A stretch of DNA of 64,000 nt from Gemmatimonadota bacterium (GTDB lineage: Bacteria; Gemmatimonadota; Gemmatimonadetes; Palauibacterales; Palauibacteraceae). The number at the start of each line of letters is the position of its first letter. The stretch's first letter is position 1. Below the pieces are notes generated by a model that was given only the letters and a program-made list of their open reading frames with translations, did not search any database and was not told where the DNA came from. This document shows positions 58,431 through 64,000 of this stretch, piece after piece. Where the stretch lies: positions 1,728 to 65,727 of the forward strand of contig JBDHIM010000019.1 in assembly GCA_039587445.1 (NCBI GenBank). The letters run 5' to 3'. The translations under genes and the position numbers were made by a program.

Positions 58431-58753
58431 TGACCTGGCTCTCTATCAGCGGAGCTGAGCTCGTCCAACTCGTTCTCGGTGAGCCCACGCTCGATCAGGT
58501 GGGCGAGAGCCTCCAACGCCGCCTCGGCATCATCGCCGACGACCCGAAGGCGCAGCTTCGATCCCGATTCCGCCGCTAGCATCAGTACGCCCATGATGCT
58601 CTTGCCGTTGACTTCGAGTCCATCCTTCTCGACCCACACCTCCGACCGGTAGCGCGATGCGAGCTTAACGAACTCCGCGGCGGGCCGGGCGTGAAGTCCG
58701 TATCGATTCGTCACGCTTACGTGCGTCCATACCTCGATCTCCCCTCCGGTCAC
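58427..58753 (-). CDS. ptsH: phosphocarrier protein HPr
   Basis: His-15 context GLHARPA and Ser-46 context GKSIMGV are both present. Confidence 0.9.
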   Translation of the reverse strand: MTGGEIEVWTHVSVTNRYGLHARPAAEFVKLASRYRSEVWVEKDGLEVNGKSIMGVLMLAAESGSKLRLRVVGDDAEAALEALAHLIERGLTENELDELSSADREPGQ

Positions 58754-58762
58754 CCTGCCGCC

Positions 58763-59503
58763 TCAGGCACCGAGGAGGACAAGAACAACAGGAGCGGCCA
58801 GCACCAGGCCCGCTGCGAGCCGCTCGCCGAGCGCTGGCCGCGCGTATCCCAGCAGGGCGGCCGCCGCCAGGCCAAGAGCGACTCCCGAGCGGCTCAACGT
58901 ATCGGGGGCCACCAACCACGACACCAACACGACGGCCGATCCGACAAGCCACAGGTTCAGGCTCGTGATCCAGGGCACGACGCGGACCCAGGGAGGATCG
59001 CCGAGGTATTTTCCGACGTCGAGACCCTCGGTCCAGCCTCGCCGGAAGGACCACGCCCTGAGCCAGATGTGCCCGAGGTTGTAGACCCCGAGAAAGACAC
59101 CGACGGCAACCCACGGTCGACCCCAAAGCCAGAACAGCGTGATCGACAGCAGCAGGCAGAAGGGCCTCCACGTCGCCCAGACCAGCTCGTCGCCCACTGC
59201 ACCGAGCGGCGCCCGCAGCACGGAGCGAAAGCGGTCGATCCTCTCCGGAGACTCACCATCGTGCTCCAGCCGAGCAAGTGCCGTCACGGCCATCGGGCAA
59301 AGATACGGGTGTCCGTTGAAGGGCTCGAGATGTCTCTCCACCGCGGCCTGCAGGCGCACCGGATCACCCGCGTAAATGCGTCTCAGCAAAGGAAGCATCG
59401 CGTTGGCCAGGCCGCCGGCGACCAGCGAGCGGTAGTTCCACGAGCCCTGAACGGCAAAGCATCTCAGGAACGAAGCGACCTGGTCGGATCTCGTGGGCTT
59501 CAC
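58763..59503 (-). CDS. PTS mannose/fructose/sorbose family IID component
   Basis: FLRCFAVQGSWNYRSL N-terminal signature of EIID-Man; membrane C-terminus. Confidence 0.85.
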   Translation of the reverse strand: MKPTRSDQVASFLRCFAVQGSWNYRSLVAGGLANAMLPLLRRIYAGDPVRLQAAVERHLEPFNGHPYLCPMAVTALARLEHDGESPERIDRFRSVLRAPLGAVGDELVWATWRPFCLLLSITLFWLWGRPWVAVGVFLGVYNLGHIWLRAWSFRRGWTEGLDVGKYLGDPPWVRVVPWITSLNLWLVGSAVVLVSWLVAPDTLSRSGVALGLAAAALLGYARPALGERLAAGLVLAAPVVLVLLGA

Positions 59504-60201
59504 GGCGCTACCCCCCCCGTCACGATCATCGCCAGGGCGATGGCGCCACCAGCCAGGAGTAGCAGCGGGTCCGTCGCGCGTCGGCGCATCAGGCCGCCGC
59601 CCACGCCGCCCGCGAGACCCATCCCCACCAAAAGCAGCGCCGATGCCGCAACCACTCCCTCGGTCGTCGAGATCCCGTGAGCCAGCTTGACCAACAGCAT
59701 GACCGGAAGGGCGAAAGCCGCCGTGAGCGTCCCCGCACGCAATGCATCAAGCACCATGGCGAGCCGATGCCGGCGCTCGAGTCTTGTCGCCGGCGCGGCG
59801 AGGCCGTCACCGGCGACAAGACGCTCGTTGAGACTTCGTTGCATACGTACCGAAATCGCTCCGATCCAGCCGATTGCCCAGCCGCTTGCCACCGCGACGA
59901 GAAGCGGTCCGATGGCGGTTCCTCCACCGGCGGCCAAGCCGGCACCGGCCAGGAGGCCCGCCGGCCCTGTTTCCGGGTAGACGGCCGCGCCGTAGGGCGT
60001 ATGCCCCAATCCGAGGAGCTCGAGCACGGCCCCCACCAGAAAGCCGGAGGCGGCATCCCCCAACAGCGCTCCCCCGAGGGTCGCCGCCACGATGGGCCGG
60101 GAGATCATAACCTGCGGCCAGGACGCGGCATCCAGACCCAAAGCGGCGCCGCACGCAACCAGGGCGGCCAGCAGCCCGAGGCTAAGGTCGAGCTCGCTCA
60201 A
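59500..60201 (-). CDS. PTS mannose/sorbose family IIC component
   Basis: 233-aa polytopic protein between IIB and IID, with 4-nt overlap to IID. Confidence 0.78.
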   Translation of the reverse strand: MSELDLSLGLLAALVACGAALGLDAASWPQVMISRPIVAATLGGALLGDAASGFLVGAVLELLGLGHTPYGAAVYPETGPAGLLAGAGLAAGGGTAIGPLLVAVASGWAIGWIGAISVRMQRSLNERLVAGDGLAAPATRLERRHRLAMVLDALRAGTLTAAFALPVMLLVKLAHGISTTEGVVAASALLLVGMGLAGGVGGGLMRRRATDPLLLLAGGAIALAMIVTGGVAP

Positions 60202-60682
60202 CCGTCTTCAGCAAGCGTCGTAGACCAATCCGCGGTGACCCGGGCAGGTCACGCGCCGAGACCGAGCCGGCCAGGTCGCCCAGCGCACGGATGTCCTGAA
60301 GCTCGTCACGGGAGGCGAACAGGTAATCCAGCAGGCGCTCACGCCCCTCCGTCGCGTGCAATCCGCCGAGGTTGACCTCCTGACCGACCAGCAACCCGGC
60401 CTCACCGAGCCGGCGCATCTCCGCCGTCCCCGCCGTCAGCGCCATGCCGACGTCGCCGCGGTCTTCCAACTCAGGCAGTTGCCCGATCGCGTCCTCGACC
60501 GTGAGGAAGAACGGCTCGACTCCCGCGGGCAGCGCGCTTCCGTACAGGTCGCGCTCCCACGCGCTCGCGGCGATACTGTCGTCGACGACAGCGTAGAAAC
60601 CGATCCCGAGCCTCCGACCCCAGCCCACGACGACCTGGCCGTGGAGCAGGCGCTCATCGATCCTGTACACCGCTATCGGCAT
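60182..60682 (-). CDS. PTS mannose/sorbose family IIB component
   Basis: RIDERLLHGQV phospho-His motif. Confidence 0.85.
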   Translation of the reverse strand: MPIAVYRIDERLLHGQVVVGWGRRLGIGFYAVVDDSIAASAWERDLYGSALPAGVEPFFLTVEDAIGQLPELEDRGDVGMALTAGTAEMRRLGEAGLLVGQEVNLGGLHATEGRERLLDYLFASRDELQDIRALGDLAGSVSARDLPGSPRIGLRRLLKTVERARP

Positions 60683-60685
60683 CGG

Positions 60686-61066
60686 CTAGTCGCCCGGCAC
60701 GTCCGCGGTCGCACCCGTCCTCCCCTTCTCCACCACCCGCTCGGCGAGCGCACGGAAGTCCATCTCGCGATGGAAGACGAAATCCAGGAGCATCGGCAGG
60801 TTGACGCCCGAGACGAGCGCGACGTTTCCATCCCTGGCGATGCGCTGGCCGGCGAAGCCGCAGCTTCCGGCGGCCATGTCCACGAAGACGACGGCGGGTC
60901 CCTCTCCGACCGCCCGAGCCACGCGGCCAGCCAACTCGTCGGGCGAGCAGCTCACGTTGGTCACCGACTCCAGCGCCCCCTGCACACCCGATATCCCTTC
61001 TACGACCCGAACCAGTGCGGAAGCGAGCTCCCCGTGCGCGACGACGACGCCACGCACTTCACTCAT
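60686..61066 (-). CDS. PTS mannose family IIA component
   Basis: GVVVAHGELA (His-10 context) and the EIIA-Man fold pattern. Confidence 0.85.
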   Translation of the reverse strand: MSEVRGVVVAHGELASALVRVVEGISGVQGALESVTNVSCSPDELAGRVARAVGEGPAVVFVDMAAGSCGFAGQRIARDGNVALVSGVNLPMLLDFVFHREMDFRALAERVVEKGRTGATADVPGD

Positions 61067-62018
61067 AGTCTTCCTCCAGGTACTCGCGGACCGGCTGCAT
61101 GCGGCGTCGCATGCTCCGGTGGAACTCGAGGGCGCTATCGATCCCCGAGTACTTGAGGAGGTGCCGCATCGAGACCACCTCGGCGATCACGGTGATGTTC
61201 TTCCCCGGGTTGAGCGGAATCACCACGACCGGTAAATCGACATCCAGAATCGGGGTCGTTTCCTGGCTCAGTCCGGTGCGATCGTAATCGGAGGTGTCGC
61301 TCCACTCTTCGAGCTGGACCACGACCTCGATGCGCTTCTGCTGCCGCGTCGCGTGGATGCCGAAGAGCGCCCGCACGTCGATGATCCCGATGCCGCGGAT
61401 CTCCATGTGGTGCTGCTGTTGCTCGAGACCCCTGCCCAGCAGGACGTCGTGCCCTCGCCGCGTGACCACGACGACGTCGTCGGCGACGAGACGATGTCCC
61501 CTTTCGACGAGATCGAGCACACACTCGCTCTTCCCGATGCCGCTCTTTCCGATAAAGAGCAGGCCCACGCCGTAGACATCCGCCAGCGACCCGTGCATGA
61601 CGGCCGTCGGCGCGAACTCATCGTCGAGGTAGGGCTTGACGCGGCGGTAGAACTCGCCGGTCTTGAGCTGGGACTGGATGAGCGGAATGCCGTGCTCGTT
61701 CGCCGCCGCCTTGAGCGACTCCGGAGCCTCCATCCCCTTGGTGATGAAGAGGCAAGGGACATCGGAGCGAAGGATGAAGTCCGCCGCCGTGCGTTGTGCC
61801 TCCGGGTCTAGCGACTTCAGAAAAGCCACCTCTGTCTCGCCGAAGACCTGAACACGGCCGCTCGGAAACCGCTCGATAAACCCCGTGAGAGCGATGCCCG
61901 GGCTCGAGACGTCGGCCCGCTCTACCTCCCTGTCCAGACCCTCCTCGCCGGCAATGACTTTCAGCGCGAGGCTCTCTCCCTTTCGCTCGAGCAGCTCGCC
62001 TACTCGCAGCGTCTTCAA
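61059..62018 (-). CDS. hprK: HPr kinase/phosphorylase
   Basis: Walker A GKSGIGKSE; HprK C-terminal signature LEIRGIGIIDV-like (MEIRGIGIIDV). Confidence 0.93.
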   Translation of the reverse strand: MKTLRVGELLERKGESLALKVIAGEEGLDREVERADVSSPGIALTGFIERFPSGRVQVFGETEVAFLKSLDPEAQRTAADFILRSDVPCLFITKGMEAPESLKAAANEHGIPLIQSQLKTGEFYRRVKPYLDDEFAPTAVMHGSLADVYGVGLLFIGKSGIGKSECVLDLVERGHRLVADDVVVVTRRGHDVLLGRGLEQQQHHMEIRGIGIIDVRALFGIHATRQQKRIEVVVQLEEWSDTSDYDRTGLSQETTPILDVDLPVVVIPLNPGKNITVIAEVVSMRHLLKYSGIDSALEFHRSMRRRMQPVREYLEEDYE

Positions 62019-62356
62019 GCGGTCGGCTCCTCGGTGGGAATGATCAGACGGTCCTTGTGGACGGCGTTGTGGTTCTTGTATCGGGAGCGGTTCTTTTTCA
62101 GCTGACGGGACAGCTTGGCCACGACCTTGTCCAGGGCCGTGCGAAAGTCGGCGGCCTCCGCGTGGGCGTGAACGCTTCCGCGACCGTCGATGCTCAGATC
62201 ACCCTCGACCTCATAGCGGTTCTTTTCCTCCAGCAGCGTCACTTCCACTCGGCCGATGCGCTCTTCGAACCTGTCCAGCCGGGAGAACCTCTCCTCGACC
62301 AACCCCCGAAGCGCGTCTGAGACTTCGAAATGCCGTGCGGATATGATCACCTGCAT
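62015..62356 (-). CDS. hpf: ribosome hibernation promoting factor (short HPF/RaiA)
   Basis: MQVIISARHFEVSDALR ... pattern. ATG 62356 is preceded by AGGAGG. Confidence 0.9.
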   Translation of the reverse strand: MQVIISARHFEVSDALRGLVEERFSRLDRFEERIGRVEVTLLEEKNRYEVEGDLSIDGRGSVHAHAEAADFRTALDKVVAKLSRQLKKNRSRYKNHNAVHKDRLIIPTEEPTA

Positions 62357-62369
62357 GCCATCCTCCTTC

Positions 62370-63326
62370 CTATCCGCGGCCCCCGTGGCCGCTGAGCGCG
62401 GCATCTAGCCACGCCTCCGTTTCGTCGGCCGCTCGATCCCACGAGTAGCCGGCGGCGTGTTCCAAGGCTCCGCGTCCGAGGCGGTCGCGCTGCTCCGGGC
62501 TGTCGGTAAGCTCCCGGAGGCGGGCTACCCAATCACTCACTTCCTCGTGACGCACGAGGTATCCCGATCTGTCTTGAGCGACGGACTCGCGCAGTCCGGG
62601 CGAGTCGCTGGCGATCGCGCCGGTTCCGCACGCCGCTGCCTCCACGTTGGTGAGACCCCACCCCTCCTTTGGAGAAGGATACAAGATCGCCCACGCTCGA
62701 CGCAGCAACTCGACCTTACGCTCTTCAGCGACGAAACCCAAGAACTCGACGGTCTGATCGAGACCCCTGTCCAGCACCAGGCGTCGAAGCCGCTCCTCGT
62801 CGTCTCCGGTCCCAGCGATCAGGATTCGACCGCGCCAACCCGATCGGGCGAGCTCCTCCGCCGCCGACAGCACAACATCCAACCCCTTGTAGCGCTTCAG
62901 CCGCCCCACGTACACGAACGTTGGCTGCTGAAATCGTGCCACCTCGGGGTCCGGACTGTAAACACGATGATCCACGCCGGGGTAGACCACTCGGATCTGG
63001 TCGGCCGAGAACCCCCGCCCGACCAGATCTTCCTTCGTGCTCTGCGAGATCGCCTGTATCGGTGCGTGTTCGTAGGCCGGCAGCATCCGGCGCTCTGCCA
63101 GCCAGACGGCACAAGCCACGGGAGGGCGCGCCTCGCGAAACACCGTCGTTCCGAAAAGATGAGGAACGAGCACGGCGACGGGCGTGGCACTCCAGCGTGG
63201 CGTGAACAGCGGCGACTTGTTGACGTCCTCGACGAGAATATCGAAGCGCCTCCCGTCCAAGCTCCGAAAGGCCCGGCGCGCGTGCAGCGGAAACGTGTAT
63301 CGGCTTCCGGTCCGCACGACCTCCAT
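62370..63326 (-). CDS. GT4-family glycosyltransferase (extent from first canonical start; homology continues upstream to at least 63488)
   Basis: GT-B C-domain motifs (FVGRLKRYKG, EGWGLTNVEAAACG). Upstream in-frame codons encode RILVVNWQDRRNPQAGGAEIHLHEIFGRLAERGHDVTLLVSGW, but with no ATG/GTG/TTG. Confidence 0.85.
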   Translation of the reverse strand: MEVVRTGSRYTFPLHARRAFRSLDGRRFDILVEDVNKSPLFTPRWSATPVAVLVPHLFGTTVFREARPPVACAVWLAERRMLPAYEHAPIQAISQSTKEDLVGRGFSADQIRVVYPGVDHRVYSPDPEVARFQQPTFVYVGRLKRYKGLDVVLSAAEELARSGWRGRILIAGTGDDEERLRRLVLDRGLDQTVEFLGFVAEERKVELLRRAWAILYPSPKEGWGLTNVEAAACGTGAIASDSPGLRESVAQDRSGYLVRHEEVSDWVARLRELTDSPEQRDRLGRGALEHAAGYSWDRAADETEAWLDAALSGHGGRG

Positions 63327-63507
63327 GCCATCCAGCCGCTCGGACGGCGGGGCGCCTCGCCAACCGGATACGAGCAGCGTGACGTCGTGGCCCCGCTCGG
63401 CAAGCCTGCCGAAGATCTCGTGCAGATGGATCTCCGCACCGCCCGCCTGCGGGTTTCGGCGGTCCTGCCAGTTGACGACGAGGATTCTCGTTCCGGATCG
63501 CGTGGCT

Positions 63508-63933
63508 TCACCCGGTGACGGCGGCTTTCCGGTACACGGAGTCCAGCACCCCGTTCACGAACGCGCCGCTGTCATCGCTCCCGTATCGCTCGGCCAACCT
63601 GATCGCCTCGGTGATCGCCACCTTGCCCGGTGTTTCTTCCACGTACCGAAGCTCCACGGCGCCCAACCGCAGGATGTTGCGATCGATGGCTGCCAGGCGC
63701 TCGAGGCGCCAGTTGGGAATGTGGCTCTGAAGAAGGCCGTCGATTTCCGCGAGGTGCTCGTCCAGCAGGGCGACGAGAACCTCCAAGTAGGGGCGATACC
63801 GGGGCGAGACGCGGCGGTGCTTCCGGGCCATTTCCGCGAACTCCGTCAGAGAACCCCGATCGCTCATCTCCCACGCATAGAGCAGATGAAGGACCCACTC
63901 TCGTGCCCTGGATCGCGCCTGAAACGGCTTCAC
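63508..63933 (-). CDS. nusB: transcription antitermination factor NusB
   Basis: ARSRAREWVLHLLYAWEM ... AIDRNILRLGAVEL pattern. GTG start overlaps the upstream stop (GTGA). Confidence 0.92.
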   Translation of the reverse strand: MKPFQARSRAREWVLHLLYAWEMSDRGSLTEFAEMARKHRRVSPRYRPYLEVLVALLDEHLAEIDGLLQSHIPNWRLERLAAIDRNILRLGAVELRYVEETPGKVAITEAIRLAERYGSDDSGAFVNGVLDSVYRKAAVTG

Positions 63934-64000
63934 CGTCCAGCCCGGGAGAGCTGCTCGAGCACATCGCGGAGCTCGAGCGCCGCCATCGCGGCCTCTTCGC
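63930..64000 (-). CDS. ribH: 3' end of 6,7-dimethyl-8-ribityllumazine synthase (partial)
   Basis: The last 22 codons read EEAAMAALELRDVLEQLSRAGR, resembling the RibH C-terminal helix. Classical ribH-nusB order. Confidence 0.55.
   Translation of the reverse strand, partial: EEAAMAALELRDVLEQLSRAGR

Overview
High-GC (roughly two-thirds G+C) bacterial chromosomal window, densely coding and mostly on the minus strand. Gene content (T9SS C-terminal sorting domain, SusC-like TonB receptor with a CarboxypepD_reg domain, LptE, DUF5683-like protein) suggests an FCB-group/Gemmatimonadota-like organism; this is inference only. I see no transposase, integrase, CRISPR array or rRNA. Recognisable blocks, in order: S9 peptidase; histidine utilisation genes hutH-hutU-hutI; an SSS symporter preceded by an unlisted 28-aa peptide ORF; rdgB; a respiratory supercluster (11.3-25.1 kb) holding several c-type cytochromes, an aa3-type oxidase (ctaC-ctaD-ctaE-subunit IV, then a ctaB-DUF420 fusion), a cupredoxin lipoprotein, and a 13-14-TM CydA-like protein with almost no Q-loop and no CydB, flanked by cytochromes c. 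Next come hemC, a CPA2 antiporter, lptE-like, lpxH, murI, tRNA-Sec (not in the ORF track), ridA, mlaEFD, greA, tmRNA (tag ANDNLALAA), ptsN, selB and recO. Then a cobalamin-riboswitch-controlled B12 uptake operon (btuF/C/D-like, TonB receptor, surface lipoprotein); metK-ahcY; a regulatory PTS block (hpf-hprK-EIIA/B/C/D-Man-ptsH-ptsI); a GT4 glycosyltransferase; and nusB plus the ribH 3' end. The best candidate for an undescribed system is the tightly coupled operon at 25.1-30.6 kb, directly upstream of the CydA-like gene. It encodes an Mrp/NBP35 Fe-S carrier, a Zn-ribbon-PCP_red protein, a ferredoxin, a 664-aa tandem-USP protein with two PCP_red-like modules and three [R/D]-C-P-[V/I] heme-regulatory-like motifs, and a NirJ/AhbD-like radical-SAM/SPASM enzyme fused to a PCP_red domain. 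I interpret it as a possible tetrapyrrole-tailoring or cofactor-maturation module; this is hypothesis, not demonstrated. Three genes show apparent 1-nt frame disruptions (12.86 kb, 20.45 kb, 63.49 kb), so assembly indels should be excluded first. Many long ORFs in the track are antisense or alternate-frame shadows of real genes and were ignored.
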